Notes: a model not told the origin generated them from the sequence alone. A stretch of DNA of 64,000 bases from an uncultured virus (IMG/VR IMGVR_UViG_3300013121_000021) (IMGVR_UViG_3300013121_000021); one strand, 5' to 3'. Numbered from the stretch's first letter, positions 51,397 through 63,185 are shown. Made by a program: numbers and translations.

Positions 51397-51432
51397 TAAA
51401 TGGAGGATAAATAAAAATTTATCCTCCATTTA
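51397..51432 (-). terminator. Terminator-like hairpin
   Basis: TAAATGGAGGATAAAT/ATTTATCCTCCATTTA inverted repeat after the fibre gene. Confidence 0.7.
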
Positions 51433-51441
51433 ATTAGTTTA

Positions 51442-53382
51442 TTAATTTGTAGCTAAATAACTAACTACTACAACATCTGTTGATTCATTAGCAGATGTGA
51501 ATACAATATTACCTCCTGTAATATTATAATCATTAGACACGCCAGATCTTTGCAGAACACCATTTACAAATACAGCTTCTGTTCCAGATACCAATGTATA
51601 AGCAGTGGTGTAAGTAGTATCGTCAGAAGTAGAAGGTGCTTCATTACGAACATCACGATACGCCGTAGTCTGATTAGAACCATTACCACGATAAATCCAA
51701 CCAGAATTTAAATTAGATGATAATGCGCCAGCAACAGAAATTACACCATCTGTCCAAGTTAAACCTGTACCAGCAATTGATGAATTAACTGCTAATTTAC
51801 CAGTATTAAATGTTAACGCACTATTAGTATCTAACTCTACATCAAGTACGCCATCAGTATAACTAAGTCCATTACCTGCAATTGATGCATCTAAAGCTAA
51901 GCCAGCTTCAGTAATTGACATTCCAGAACCAGCCGGAATTAACAATTCTAATGCATCATTAACAATCTGTAATCCAGCAGTAGATGAAAGATTAACATCA
52001 ATTGCACCAGTAGTCTCATTCCATACTAAACCATCGCCAGCAGTCGTAGCTGCAATACGAAGCTTACCACCAGCAGAAATTTCAAGACCACTAAGAGTAT
52101 CTAACTCTACGTCAAGTATACCATTAGTATAGCTTAAACCATTACCAGCAATTGACGCATCTAAAGCTAAGCCAGCTTCAGTAATTGACATTCCAGAACC
52201 AGCCGGAATCAATAATTGAAGTGCATCATTAACGATTACTAAACCAGCTTCTGATGAAAGATTAACATCAATTGCACCAGTAGTCTCATTCCATACTAAG
52301 CCATCACCAGCAGTCGTAGCTGCAATACGAAGCTTACCACCAGCGGAAATTTCAAGACCACTAAGAGTATCTAACTCTACGTCAAGTACACCATTAGTAT
52401 AACTAAGACCATTACCTGCAATTGACGCATCTAAAGCTAAGCCAGCCTCAGTAATTGACATTCCAGATCCAGCTGGAATCAATAACTGAAGTGCGTCATT
52501 AACGATTACTAAACCAGCTTCTGATGAAAGATTAACGTCAATTGCACCAGTTACAGCATTCCATACTAAACCATCACCAGCTGCTGATGAAGCAATAGCT
52601 AACCCATCACCATCAGATGTCAATCCACCTAATGCATTCAACTTAATAGAAAGTTGATCAGATGAAATTTGAATACCACCAGTCGATGATACAGCTACAT
52701 CTAACTGATTACCAGTTTTGGTTAATGCAGATCCAGCATTAATCTGCCCCGCACCAGAAAACTGTACCCAGTTAATTGCAGTTGTTCCAACTGTAATTGG
52801 ATCATTACTAACAACAACCCAACCAGAATCTGCATTAACAGTACCTTCCTGAATAAAAGTAAAAATACCACCTTTTACTTCATTTGCAGGAGTACCATCA
52901 GCATCTGCGGAACGAGTTAATACAAATGGAGTACCAGCATCACCAACGGTAGTGACTGTATAAATACCATTTTGTAAAGCTGTAGTTTGATTTTTTACTA
53001 AAACTCGATCATCAGCAACTACAGTAACTCCGTCAACTGACAATGCACCATTAGCAGATGCCGTTAAAACATTATTTGAATATGTCGCACCCAAATTTTC
53101 AGTAGTGGCTGCACGTACTGAATCTTTAACTACTAAACCTTGAGCAGTACTATCGACATAAATTTTAGTAGCAGCATCAGTATCATTTACTGGTTCAGCT
53201 AGATTAGTAATTTTATTATTACCTAAATCTAAATCATCAGTGACTGATACTGAACCATCAGCCATAAAAATATTATTACCATCAGCTAATTTACTTGTGG
53301 CAATTGCAGCATTAGTTGCAATTTGTCCATCTTCAATTGAATTGGCGATAATCTGGGTATTACCACGAATTTTCATGCCCAT
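51442..53382 (-). CDS. Fibre/decoration protein with a repetitive AGxGL shaft
   Basis: DAATKIYVD and DRVLVKNQ..NGIY fibre motifs; repeated ~18-aa AGxGL units. Confidence 0.8.
   Translation of the reverse strand: MGMKIRGNTQIIANSIEDGQIATNAAIATSKLADGNNIFMADGSVSVTDDLDLGNNKITNLAEPVNDTDAATKIYVDSTAQGLVVKDSVRAATTENLGATYSNNVLTASANGALSVDGVTVVADDRVLVKNQTTALQNGIYTVTTVGDAGTPFVLTRSADADGTPANEVKGGIFTFIQEGTVNADSGWVVVSNDPITVGTTAINWVQFSGAGQINAGSALTKTGNQLDVAVSSTGGIQISSDQLSIKLNALGGLTSDGDGLAIASSAAGDGLVWNAVTGAIDVNLSSEAGLVIVNDALQLLIPAGSGMSITEAGLALDASIAGNGLSYTNGVLDVELDTLSGLEISAGGKLRIAATTAGDGLVWNETTGAIDVNLSSEAGLVIVNDALQLLIPAGSGMSITEAGLALDASIAGNGLSYTNGILDVELDTLSGLEISAGGKLRIAATTAGDGLVWNETTGAIDVNLSSTAGLQIVNDALELLIPAGSGMSITEAGLALDASIAGNGLSYTDGVLDVELDTNSALTFNTGKLAVNSSIAGTGLTWTDGVISVAGALSSNLNSGWIYRGNGSNQTTAYRDVRNEAPSTSDDTTYTTAYTLVSGTEAVFVNGVLQRSGVSNDYNITGGNIVFTSANESTDVVVVSYLATN
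51826..52581 (-). repeat. Tandem 270-bp (90-aa) repeat, 2.8 copies
   Basis: CCATACTAARCCATC recurs at 52021, 52291 and 52561; near-identical protein units. Confidence 0.92.
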
Positions 53383-53406
53383 TTTTATAATTCCTCGAAA
53401 AATAAA

Positions 53407-54018
53407 TTATAATTCAAAATTTATAACTCTAATTTTATCATCAATAAATAAGTTTGATAAACTTATTGTACTTATATTATTAACTGTTTCAAGAATATAA
53501 TCGTCATCATATTGAATCAATCCATTTATCAATACAGTTAATGAATTTTTAGATGTGGATATTTTTGATAATTGTAATTGTGATTCTCCATCTTCTTGAA
53601 TAATAAATTCATCAACACTTATTAAACCATTTATACCTTGATTGTTTTTTATTATATCAATTTCTTGAGCTAAAATATCTACTGCATTTTTAATAGTAGT
53701 TGGAGGTATAGTTACCGATGTAGTAACTATACCTTCATAACCAACTAAATTAGAACCTTCTCCAGATGAAGTAGATGCTAAACTATTTATAAAAGTTGCT
53801 AATTCTGAAAAATCTGGAAAAACTTGTATTGTATAATTATCAGATGAATCCAAAGTTGAATATTTAAAATTTTTTTCAGATGAGTTATACCAAATCCTCC
53901 CTGCACTTTCAATAATAGGTGGATCCTGATCTAAATTTTCAATATGACAATTAATTATACTAGTTCCAGCAGATAATTCAATTCCATTAAATAGGATATA
54001 TTGATTCTTATTTGCCAT
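53407..54018 (-). CDS. Fibre-associated structural protein
   Basis: GRIWYN and V.INGL.Q..DY motifs, the latter shared with the C-terminus of 51442..53382. Confidence 0.72.
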   Translation of the reverse strand: MANKNQYILFNGIELSAGTSIINCHIENLDQDPPIIESAGRIWYNSSEKNFKYSTLDSSDNYTIQVFPDFSELATFINSLASTSSGEGSNLVGYEGIVTTSVTIPPTTIKNAVDILAQEIDIIKNNQGINGLISVDEFIIQEDGESQLQLSKISTSKNSLTVLINGLIQYDDDYILETVNNISTISLSNLFIDDKIRVINFEL

Positions 54019-54030
54019 TTTAACCCCTAA

Positions 54031-54798
54031 TTAGAAAAATTGAATATCAACATATCCACTAGTAGGTTTAGAGAAAGTTATTCGAAGATTATTATTATCT
54101 AAAATTTCAAATGGACTAATAATTTGTCTATTTGTCCCCAATTCATATATTGACATTATAACAACATCAGTATTAAACCCATGAGATATAATCCAAATAT
54201 CACTAGGATCTAAAAATTCATATCGATGAACATGAGGAATTTTTAATGTTGAAGCAACAGATGCAGAAATATCAGTTACTATTGTAGGAGTAATTGAATC
54301 TAATACTTCTGTGGTTACATTTGTTAAAACTTGTTGTGTAATATTAACTATTACATTTTGATTTAAAATTTGTATTGTTGCTTCATTAAGAATATCTCTA
54401 GATAAATTACTAACAACTTCGGAAACATAAGTTTTTAAAGATTTAGCATTAACTACTATGCGCTCTTGAGTGATAGGTAGATTTTTTAAATCTATATCTG
54501 GAAAATAATTTGCAGCTGTAAATGTATTTGATTGATGTAAACCTGCTTTCTTTGCTAAAGCATTATTAACAGCTTTTGAACTAGGTACCTTATCACTTAA
54601 TTCATCTTGAACTTCTTGAACAATAAAATTTAAAACATTATTTTGCAATTTTATTAGTTCAATTACATCTAATCCATCTTTATCTAAATTTGGAGGTCCT
54701 ATAAATAGTGTGCCTGATGAATAAGAATATCCTATTTGACCAGGTACTAAAGGAGCTACAATAGATTTATTTAGCTCATATTTAATTTTATCCGCCAT
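54031..54798 (-). CDS. Fibre-associated structural protein
   Basis: LFIG, VPSSKAV and WIISHGF motifs seen in phage fibre proteins. Confidence 0.7.
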   Translation of the reverse strand: MADKIKYELNKSIVAPLVPGQIGYSYSSGTLFIGPPNLDKDGLDVIELIKLQNNVLNFIVQEVQDELSDKVPSSKAVNNALAKKAGLHQSNTFTAANYFPDIDLKNLPITQERIVVNAKSLKTYVSEVVSNLSRDILNEATIQILNQNVIVNITQQVLTNVTTEVLDSITPTIVTDISASVASTLKIPHVHRYEFLDPSDIWIISHGFNTDVVIMSIYELGTNRQIISPFEILDNNNLRITFSKPTSGYVDIQFF

Positions 54799-57251
54799 TA
54801 TACGTCATATTGAGCAAAATATAATTTAGAATCTTCTAAAAATTGTACTTTAATTTGTATAAATGGTGAATAATAAGGATATTTAACTGGAACTGGATAA
54901 TGCCAAAAATAATAATAACGCCAATGATAATAAGGAACATTTGAATAAATTAATGCTCCTTGATTTGTCCATCCAATAACAGAAAAATGATTATAATACG
55001 CGGTTCTGACTACATCATATTCACCAGTCTCTATTTGCATTGGTGTAACTTGATTTACAACAAGTCCAAGACTAGTTGACGATCTTATTGTAAATGAAAA
55101 TTTTATAGTATCAGAACTAGAATATATTGTTTTCGATGGAGAAATTACTATATTTCTAACACCATTAAATAAATCTGCATACTTAGAATAACCATTTTTT
55201 GGGTTCAAAGATAAATCAATAGTATAACTTTTTAAAGATGCAATTCTACTAGCTGTTACAAAATCTGGGGTAGTTAATTCTACCTTATACGAATAAATAC
55301 CAGATGTAACAGAAAGTAACGTAACGTCTACTGCAGTAATTTCATTTCTAATTAAAGCTGGACTCGCTCCAGTTTCAATAATTGTAAATTTAACTTTATT
55401 TACAGTATCTACAAATGGATTATTAAAAGGTGGATATGGATATGGTTTACCTAAAAAGTTTCCACCGCTAATTAGTTTTCCATTATTTCCACCTAATTGC
55501 ATTGGAAATTCATACCACCACAATTTATCTCTATCATAGATCAATTCTGGAACTACTGTAACGAAATCTACAGTTTTATATTTTGTAGCTTGCGGACTAG
55601 GACCAGGAGGACCAGCAGGACCAGCTAATCCTTGAGGACCTGGAGCACCTACAGGTCCTGCAGGACCCATTGTACCTGGAGCACCATCTGCACCTGGAGC
55701 ACCTGGAGCACCTGGTAATCCTGGAGCACCTGGTAATCCTGGTAGTCCTTGTTCACCTTTAGCACCTTGTTCACCTTGCAATCCTTGCAATCCTTGTGCA
55801 CCTACTGGACCTATTGGACCTTGTGGACCAGCAGCACCTTGTGGACCAGCAGGACCTGGAATACCTTGTTCTCCTCTCGCACCAGGAGGACCAGGAGGAC
55901 CAACTATAATTAAAGGAGGATTAGGTAAAAATGCTGGATCTAATCTTGGATTTTCAAAATAGGTTGCAATATTTCCAGCTTCTAATTGAACTGCAGTTAT
56001 ATAATGAGTTCCCTTAATTTGTGGTAAGCATATTGTTACTACTATAGCATCATTTCCATCCTGGCCAATTTTTATAGGTTGAATAGATCTTGAATTTTGT
56101 CCAGCATATTGTAATGATTCTTCAGTTGGTATTGTAAAAGTAAAAGTATATCTAGTCCAAATTTTATTAGACGGTAATACTTTTCCTTGTAATTGTAGAT
56201 GATTTGGTGTGCTTATATTAATATTATTAGTTGTACCTAAAAATAAATTCGGTACACACATAATATAATCAGGATTCCCATCATATACCGATTTATACCA
56301 AAATGAAACTGTAACTGGTTTACCCAATAAATTTGCTAATGAACCTTTTGATGTAGTTACAACTAATTCATTTAATGGTTTGTAACCATCTATTGTTGGA
56401 ATATCATCATTATAATCAAATCTTAAACGATATGCTGGATCTGTTGGAAGTTCTGAAATTGCATCAGTTGTAGGCCATGCGTCAGACGCAAATTTTTCTC
56501 TAAAAATATCTATATCTAAATTACTACTTGGATATACAGCATTAGATATAGCCATATGGAATTCAACTCCATCCGCTATATCAATTGTTTTATATGAAAT
56601 TGTCTGTATATATGCATTAGTTAAAGCTTCAGCTGGATATGAATTCCAAGGTATTTTTATTGTATTCTCTGATGGTTTAGATATAACTTTAAATTTATCA
56701 ATATAATTTCTATTTGAATCATATACTGATACGTAATCCCCAACATTTACAGTTGTAAATTTATTAGGATTAACGGCAGTTATAAGTCGATCAGAAATTG
56801 GATATAATTCAGATACTTTCGTTAATACAAATGGAGTTCCAGCTGTTCCAAGATTAGTAATTGAATAAACGCCATTTTCTTCTAATTTATTTTCAGGTTG
56901 TCCAGTAAAAATAATTTTATCACCGATAACAAAATTATTAATACTATTAAATGAGATTATTCCATTAGTAGAAGATGTGAAAACCCCAGTTTCATCATTA
57001 TATGTACCATTAACTTCAATATCAACTGTAGTTCTAGCAGCTAATATTTTTTCTTCTGTCAATGCTTCAGCATTAACAATATACATATGATCATCTAATC
57101 CAGACCAAGTACTATCTTCAAGATCTAAATTATACGATAAAACTTGAAATTCTGTAGTTGAATTTCTAAAATCTCCATTTACAATATAATTCTTAATCCC
57201 CGATCTATCTGTCAAATCTAAATTATTTAAACTTCTTGCATAAGTCGTCAT
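54798..57251 (-). CDS. Tail fibre with collagen-like domain
   Basis: [27 protein letters not shown] carbohydrate-binding-like module followed by Gly-X-Y repeats. Confidence 0.82.
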   Translation of the reverse strand: MTTYARSLNNLDLTDRSGIKNYIVNGDFRNSTTEFQVLSYNLDLEDSTWSGLDDHMYIVNAEALTEEKILAARTTVDIEVNGTYNDETGVFTSSTNGIISFNSINNFVIGDKIIFTGQPENKLEENGVYSITNLGTAGTPFVLTKVSELYPISDRLITAVNPNKFTTVNVGDYVSVYDSNRNYIDKFKVISKPSENTIKIPWNSYPAEALTNAYIQTISYKTIDIADGVEFHMAISNAVYPSSNLDIDIFREKFASDAWPTTDAISELPTDPAYRLRFDYNDDIPTIDGYKPLNELVVTTSKGSLANLLGKPVTVSFWYKSVYDGNPDYIMCVPNLFLGTTNNINISTPNHLQLQGKVLPSNKIWTRYTFTFTIPTEESLQYAGQNSRSIQPIKIGQDGNDAIVVTICLPQIKGTHYITAVQLEAGNIATYFENPRLDPAFLPNPPLIIVGPPGPPGARGEQGIPGPAGPQGAAGPQGPIGPVGAQGLQGLQGEQGAKGEQGLPGLPGAPGLPGAPGAPGADGAPGTMGPAGPVGAPGPQGLAGPAGPPGPSPQATKYKTVDFVTVVPELIYDRDKLWWYEFPMQLGGNNGKLISGGNFLGKPYPYPPFNNPFVDTVNKVKFTIIETGASPALIRNEITAVDVTLLSVTSGIYSYKVELTTPDFVTASRIASLKSYTIDLSLNPKNGYSKYADLFNGVRNIVISPSKTIYSSSDTIKFSFTIRSSTSLGLVVNQVTPMQIETGEYDVVRTAYYNHFSVIGWTNQGALIYSNVPYYHWRYYYFWHYPVPVKYPYYSPFIQIKVQFLEDSKLYFAQYDV
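55596..55901 (-). repeat. Collagen-like repeat, 34 uninterrupted Gly-X-Y triplets
   Basis: Counted from GPPGPP to GPPGPS. Confidence 0.92.
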
Positions 57252-57301
57252 AAACTTACCCGTGTAAAAAAGTTATGTAAAAATATTTTTTATATAAAAT
57301 A

Positions 57302-58201
57302 TTATATCTCTATCTTCTTTGTCATCATATCAAATAATCCTTCTTCCAATGTCATTAATTTATCTGGAAGAATACCACATAAACGAGATTTAAGTGTATC
57401 TGCTTGAGTATATATTTGATAATTATGTTCTGGAGCTTTTATATAAGGTATATCTAATTTTAATATATTTTTTATATCGTTAAAAGATCTAGAAACACCT
57501 GTTCCAATATTAAATATACCAGAAATATTTAACTGTAATGCATTAAAAATAGATTGTACGACATCATTTATATAAATAAAATCTCTTAATTGTTCACCAT
57601 TTTCAAATAAATATTTTAATTGTTTTGTAATTAATTGAAAAGGAACAGATGCCATTTTACCTTTATGAGATTCATTTATTCCATATACATTAAAAAATCT
57701 CAATCCAACTACTGGATGTTTATCTATATATGGTATTATATACTTATCAAATAACATCTTAGATTCAGCATATAAATTAATTGGATTTTCTAATTTATCA
57801 TCTTCACAAAATGAGTCTGAATTACCATATACACTTGCTGAAGATGCATATATAAATTTTATTTTTCTAAAAGCACAAAAATCTAATAATGTTTTACTAT
57901 AATTAAAATTATTATTAAATAAATAGTCTCTATTTTGTTCCATTGTATTAGAACAAGCCCCAAGATGAATTATACATTCAATATTATCATGAGATTGTAA
58001 ACTATATAAATAATCTATAAAAAATGTCTTATCAATATAAAAATTTATATTATTACAATTTTTTATTTTATTAATATTTGAATTTATATTATCAACTATG
58101 ATAATATCATATAATTCATTAAAATAATTATTTATAAAATTAACTAAATGTGATCCTATAAAACCTAAACCACCAGTTATAATAATTCTTTGTTTAGCCA
58201 T
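57302..58201 (-). CDS. hldD: ADP-L-glycero-D-manno-heptose-6-epimerase-like SDR
   Basis: ITGGLGFIGS, HLGACSNT, YASSASVYG, YAESK and FFNVYG..ESHKGKMASV motifs. Confidence 0.8.
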   Translation of the reverse strand: MAKQRIIITGGLGFIGSHLVNFINNYFNELYDIIIVDNINSNINKIKNCNNINFYIDKTFFIDYLYSLQSHDNIECIIHLGACSNTMEQNRDYLFNNNFNYSKTLLDFCAFRKIKFIYASSASVYGNSDSFCEDDKLENPINLYAESKMLFDKYIIPYIDKHPVVGLRFFNVYGINESHKGKMASVPFQLITKQLKYLFENGEQLRDFIYINDVVQSIFNALQLNISGIFNIGTGVSRSFNDIKNILKLDIPYIKAPEHNYQIYTQADTLKSRLCGILPDKLMTLEEGLFDMMTKKIEI

Positions 58202-59520
58202 TCTGAAAGTTTATCCAATGGTTCTTTCCAACTTCTCGTTTTAGTTTGTCTAAATATTTTTACATTATCACCATACCATGGTGATTGTTCCATACTATGA
58301 CACCAAGTATAGTAAGAAGAAATTGGAATAATTACACATGTCTTTTTACCCATAGATGCAGCTATATGTGCAATTGAAGTACATGATGTAATTATAATAT
58401 CTAATTTACTAATTAATTCAATAGTATCTTCCCAATTTTGTAATGCATATTCCATATCATTAATATAAGGGAAATCCTTTATTTCATCTAATCCAGTATC
58501 TCTTTGTAAACTATAAAAAGAAGCATTTATTTTTCTTACTGAATTATATATTTCTTTTAATGGTATAGATCTATGTAAATCTTGATCATAATCTGGATTA
58601 CCTTGCCAACGTATTCCGATTTTAGGATATAAACAATCATCTAACCATTTAAATTGTTCTGTATTTCTTGCCGTTAAATATGGACCATACCATAAATCTT
58701 TATATTGTAAATTAAGATAAATTGGCAAACACATTGGAAATGTCCATAACAAATCTTTAGTGTTTTTTAATTCATTAAGACTTGTTATGACATTAAAATT
58801 ATTTCTTCTAAAAACTTCAGCTAAATCTATTCTATCGGTATGCCATATTGGTACCATACCTAATTCTTGAAGATGTTTCATAAATCTAATATTTACTACT
58901 TCATCTCCAATACCAGCTTCAGCATGTAATAATAATCTTCTACCAGGTTGTATTCCACCTTCCCAAAATTTATAAGGTAAATTATCTTTTTGCCAAAAAT
59001 CTAATTTCTTTCCTTCTAATAAAAAGAATTTTAATCCTTGTTGGAACTTATCTTTATACATATAATAAGTTCCAAGATTAAATTTTATTTTTGTTTTTTC
59101 TTCTTCAGTTAATTCATTTACATTATTTAATACATAATGTAAAATTGTTTCTGCCTTATCTTTTTGATTTAAAAGAAAATAAGCATAAGATTCTTCTAAC
59201 ATTGCATGGGCATCATATTTGCCAGCATAGTTTTGTTGTTTTAAATATAACAAAGCTAATTCTGGTAAATTAGCATGATTATAAACATTGATTAGATTTG
59301 ATCTAGCAACATGTAATTCTTCTCTACTTTTAAATAAAGTAAAAGCATCTTCAGCATGTTTTATAGATTTTTTATATTCTTTTAATTTAAAATAACATTT
59401 TGCTATATCATCAGATTGTTCAAAAGAATAAGTTATGTCTGCTAAATTATCTAATAAATCTATCGCAGCTTTCTTTTTATTATTCTTTAATAAATACTGG
59501 GTTAATTTTTCAAGATACAT
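58177..59520 (-). CDS. TPR-containing GT9-like glycosyltransferase
   Basis: N-terminal TPR-like helices; EAGIGDE, IGIRWQG, LDIIITSCTSIAHIAASMG and SPWY motifs. Confidence 0.8.
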   Translation of the reverse strand: MYLEKLTQYLLKNNKKKAAIDLLDNLADITYSFEQSDDIAKCYFKLKEYKKSIKHAEDAFTLFKSREELHVARSNLINVYNHANLPELALLYLKQQNYAGKYDAHAMLEESYAYFLLNQKDKAETILHYVLNNVNELTEEEKTKIKFNLGTYYMYKDKFQQGLKFFLLEGKKLDFWQKDNLPYKFWEGGIQPGRRLLLHAEAGIGDEVVNIRFMKHLQELGMVPIWHTDRIDLAEVFRRNNFNVITSLNELKNTKDLLWTFPMCLPIYLNLQYKDLWYGPYLTARNTEQFKWLDDCLYPKIGIRWQGNPDYDQDLHRSIPLKEIYNSVRKINASFYSLQRDTGLDEIKDFPYINDMEYALQNWEDTIELISKLDIIITSCTSIAHIAASMGKKTCVIIPISSYYTWCHSMEQSPWYGDNVKIFRQTKTRSWKEPLDKLSEWLNKELL

Positions 59521-59521
59521 A

Positions 59522-60064
59522 TTATTTTATAACCATCATTTTAATATAAGTTTCTTTATATACATTATTAAAATTTTTAGTTATATCAATAATTTGTTCT
59601 GGAGTTAATGATTTAAATCTTTCTTCCCAATCACTAAATAATTTATATTCAAAATCTATTATTTCAAAATCAATATCTAAAGTATTAGCAATATTAACAT
59701 TAGATTTAAAACTTGCAATATTTAAATTATTAAATTTCTTACTAAACATTTTCATGTTTTCAACAGTAATAAATCTAACATGGTTAATATCATCATACCA
59801 CAATTCACTTCTATGGTGTATAGTTGCAATATCTAAAATTGCTTCCGGTTTACATACTCTATAAATTTCTTTCATTAAAAAGAAAAATTTATCACCTAAA
59901 TATTCAAATATATAATGCGCTTTTACTTCATCTATTGTATTATCATCAAACGGTAGAAGATCTTTTTCAAAATCAATAACATAATCAGGATGAGTATTTG
60001 TATCCTTATCCAAATTGATAAAATTAGGATATTTTCTATAACCAGAACCAATATTTATTTTCAT
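59522..60064 (-). CDS. Class I SAM-dependent methyltransferase-like protein
   Basis: KINIGSG, LPFDDN and EIYRVCKP motifs. Confidence 0.8.
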   Translation of the reverse strand: MKINIGSGYRKYPNFINLDKDTNTHPDYVIDFEKDLLPFDDNTIDEVKAHYIFEYLGDKFFFLMKEIYRVCKPEAILDIATIHHRSELWYDDINHVRFITVENMKMFSKKFNNLNIASFKSNVNIANTLDIDFEIIDFEYKLFSDWEERFKSLTPEQIIDITKNFNNVYKETYIKMMVIK

Positions 60065-62832
60065 AACCTATGATATCCAATTTCAGTTTGAGAAACTATA
60101 TCTAATAGAATATTAAATTCAATATTTGATGTTGCTAGAATTTGAATTTTTTGGTTTTCATCATTTTGAAATTCTCGAATTTCTATTTGCTTGTTCTTTA
60201 ACGGCACTTTATTAACATATAAACTTGCATATACATCTTGAATGAATGGATAACATTTTTTTAATATCCATAAATCCTTTGATTTTATAAACACATTTTC
60301 CCAAAAATAAAAAATATTATCTAAAGAATCAAGATTGCCATTTTCTTTTAATTTAGTACATAACAAACCGAAATAATAATATTGAGCTATTAATCTGTTT
60401 GGAAAAGTTTTATAATTTTTTACAATTAAATCTAAATATTTATTTGTAATTCTTTCAGTTCTTTTATATTTATTAATTGTACCATAATGGGCTAAAAAAC
60501 TAATATCTTGAAATAATCCTTTTTTAATCCAATCTTTATTTTCAAAACAAGGATATTCATGAACTACACCTGTAAATTCAATTCCTTTATTATTTTTAAA
60601 TAATCTATCATGATGTGAATCATCTATACCATCTAAAGTATCACCTACTACGATACAAGATCTTTGCTTTACTAATATACTGTCATAATAATCTGAAATT
60701 ATAAAACTAACTAATTGTGGCGCATGAATTAATTCTTCATCAGCATCAATCCATAAAATATAATCACTAGTACATTTTGATAAACTATGATTTCTAGCTC
60801 TAGCAAAATTTCCTAACCCATCTTCTTCTTCCCATTTTAAATCATATATTTTATCAGTAAATCTAGAAGCTATTTGTTTTGTAGTATCTTTTGAACCAGT
60901 ATCAACTATTATAATTTCATCTACAATACTATTAATCGATTTTAAACATCTTGATAAATTATCTTCTTCATCTTTTACAATTAAACTTGCAGATATTGAT
61001 TTATATGGTCTTGTTTTAATAAATTTTTCAATATAATTCGGTTTGTAAAATTTTGGAATATTATTAGGTTCAACAATAAAAGAATATATCCAATGTGAAC
61101 AATATTCACCTTTACGCCCATATGTATTTTGTTTATTTTTAATAATATTTAATTCAACATCTTTAAATATTTGTTTTATATCATTTAATTCAAAATGATG
61201 AACATGATGTTTTAAAGTATTATTTTTTATAATTGATTCCCATGGACCAAATGGGGTTGTAAATACAAATAATGTCCTTTCCTTAACTAAAAACATTAAA
61301 TTATTTAAGAACTCAACTGTATTTTCAATATGTTCTAAAATTTCACCTAATATAATAACATTAGTATCAATATTATATTTAGATAAATTTAAAATATTAT
61401 CATTTATAATATTAATATTAGGTAGAGCTTCTTTTAAATTATTTAAAGCATCATTATTAGAATCAATTGCATATAATTTATCAACATAAATTTCTAATTG
61501 TTCTGCAATATTTCTTATAATAAGTCCATCATTACATGCTATTTCAAAAACATTTAAATTATAATTTAAACACCCAAGTTCTTTTTTTATTAATTCAATA
61601 ACAGCTTGAACTCTTGAATTATAAAATCCTTTTGTTTGAATATATTTTGTTTCATTTATATTGCAATATTCTGCAAATTTTACAAAATCAAAATATTTTT
61701 CATTAAATGGTACTAAATTTTTTAATGCTACTAAATCCGAATTATATTCTAATCTTTTATAAATAGCTTCTTTTTGATTTACAGATCTAGAAATAAAAAT
61801 AGAATTAATTGTATCATTCCATTTCTTTGCAATTTTTGTCCAACTATATTCTTCAATAAGATCTTTTGCAAATTTTACTTCAAAATCATATGTTTTATTT
61901 TTATATGAATTTAATAATCCTAAAAATTCTTTATTATAATCCTCAGAAATTTTAACTTTAGTATTACTTTTTATAGTTTCAGATAATGCAAAATCATCTG
62001 TAGTGATTACTAAACATCCGTTAGCTTGTGCCTCAATTGCATTAATACATGATATCTCTGGAAAATCCGTTGGATATATCATATATTTGCATTTATTTAA
62101 TAATTTATAAAAATCAGATTTTAATAAATTACCATGATTAACAATATTTTTTGATTTTAATAATACTTCATTTATATCTTGATAATGTTCAAATACTGGG
62201 TGTTCTTTAGGAATATTAGTATTTAAATAACCACACAAATGTAATTTTGAATCTGGATCTTTTTCTAAAATTTTCGGCCAAATTTCTTTTAATAATTTAA
62301 GTAAACCTCTCTCAGGCCTAGATGCATAAATATAATCATTTTGTTTTTTATCATATGAAAGAGGTTGTATTGTTAAATCTAAATCAAATCCATTTGTAGT
62401 TAAATAAAAAATACTATCATCTATTGAATATTTTTCCTGATATAATTTTTTTTGATATTGAGATAGGCAAAATATTTTATCAATTTTACCTAATGATAAT
62501 TCCATATCTTGAACATCAATATCATGAACCCATAATATATTTAATTTAGAATCTATATTTAAAGATAGAAAATTAGTAAATCTAGATACTATACAAACAT
62601 CCATTTGTGATTTATTATCATTAGTAAAATCCTTATTACTTCTATATTCTATATTATTATAAAAACCTGGTCTATCACATTTACAATAAACAGTTATTTC
62701 ATTATCATCAAATTTAGACAATTCATTTGCAATATATATAACGGCAGATTCAGAACCACCTAAAGATATTTCATTTAATGAATTGCCGTTAAATTCTAAA
62801 CCATCTGTAACAATAGAAATTGTTTTTCTCAC
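60061..62832 (-). CDS. Multidomain GT4 glycosyltransferase / methyltransferase / GT2 glycosyltransferase
   Basis: LGGSE, SRPERGL, EISCINAIEAQ (GT4); EIACNDG, EILEHI (MTase); VDTGSKD, FARARN, WIDADE (GT2). Confidence 0.88.
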   Translation of the reverse strand: MRKTISIVTDGLEFNGNSLNEISLGGSESAVIYIANELSKFDDNEITVYCKCDRPGFYNNIEYRSNKDFTNDNKSQMDVCIVSRFTNFLSLNIDSKLNILWVHDIDVQDMELSLGKIDKIFCLSQYQKKLYQEKYSIDDSIFYLTTNGFDLDLTIQPLSYDKKQNDYIYASRPERGLLKLLKEIWPKILEKDPDSKLHLCGYLNTNIPKEHPVFEHYQDINEVLLKSKNIVNHGNLLKSDFYKLLNKCKYMIYPTDFPEISCINAIEAQANGCLVITTDDFALSETIKSNTKVKISEDYNKEFLGLLNSYKNKTYDFEVKFAKDLIEEYSWTKIAKKWNDTINSIFISRSVNQKEAIYKRLEYNSDLVALKNLVPFNEKYFDFVKFAEYCNINETKYIQTKGFYNSRVQAVIELIKKELGCLNYNLNVFEIACNDGLIIRNIAEQLEIYVDKLYAIDSNNDALNNLKEALPNINIINDNILNLSKYNIDTNVIILGEILEHIENTVEFLNNLMFLVKERTLFVFTTPFGPWESIIKNNTLKHHVHHFELNDIKQIFKDVELNIIKNKQNTYGRKGEYCSHWIYSFIVEPNNIPKFYKPNYIEKFIKTRPYKSISASLIVKDEEDNLSRCLKSINSIVDEIIIVDTGSKDTTKQIASRFTDKIYDLKWEEEDGLGNFARARNHSLSKCTSDYILWIDADEELIHAPQLVSFIISDYYDSILVKQRSCIVVGDTLDGIDDSHHDRLFKNNKGIEFTGVVHEYPCFENKDWIKKGLFQDISFLAHYGTINKYKRTERITNKYLDLIVKNYKTFPNRLIAQYYYFGLLCTKLKENGNLDSLDNIFYFWENVFIKSKDLWILKKCYPFIQDVYASLYVNKVPLKNKQIEIREFQNDENQKIQILATSNIEFNILLDIVSQTEIGYHRL

Positions 62833-63185
62833 TGTTGCTCCAATTTAATTCCAAATTTACTAAATACTAAATTTTTAAAACCAGGATAATGTCCTTTTCG
62901 ACAATCAAATTGTTTGCAAGCTTTAGGTCTATCATCATAAATAGTACATCTATTACCATTAAAATAATAACAACCTTTTTCATTTCTAGGAATTGCTATT
63001 GTTGGTAAATTAGGATCGGGACTACTTATTAAAGTATAAACATATTTCGCCGATATAAATTCATCAGGAGTAAGAATTGGAGATAATTTTTTACAACATT
63101 CATGACAATCACCACATGGAACAGAAGATTCTTCTTCTGGTCTATCAATAGCTACTGCTTGAATATTGAATTTTTTATAAATCAT
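62829..63185 (-). CDS. YkgJ-family CxxCxxCC Zn/Fe-chelating protein
   Basis: CGDCHECC..C....CTIYDDRPKAC; start probably ATG 63185. Confidence 0.82.
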   Translation of the reverse strand: MIYKKFNIQAVAIDRPEEESSVPCGDCHECCKKLSPILTPDEFISAKYVYTLISSPDPNLPTIAIPRNEKGCYYFNGNRCTIYDDRPKACKQFDCRKGHYPGFKNLVFSKFGIKLEQQ

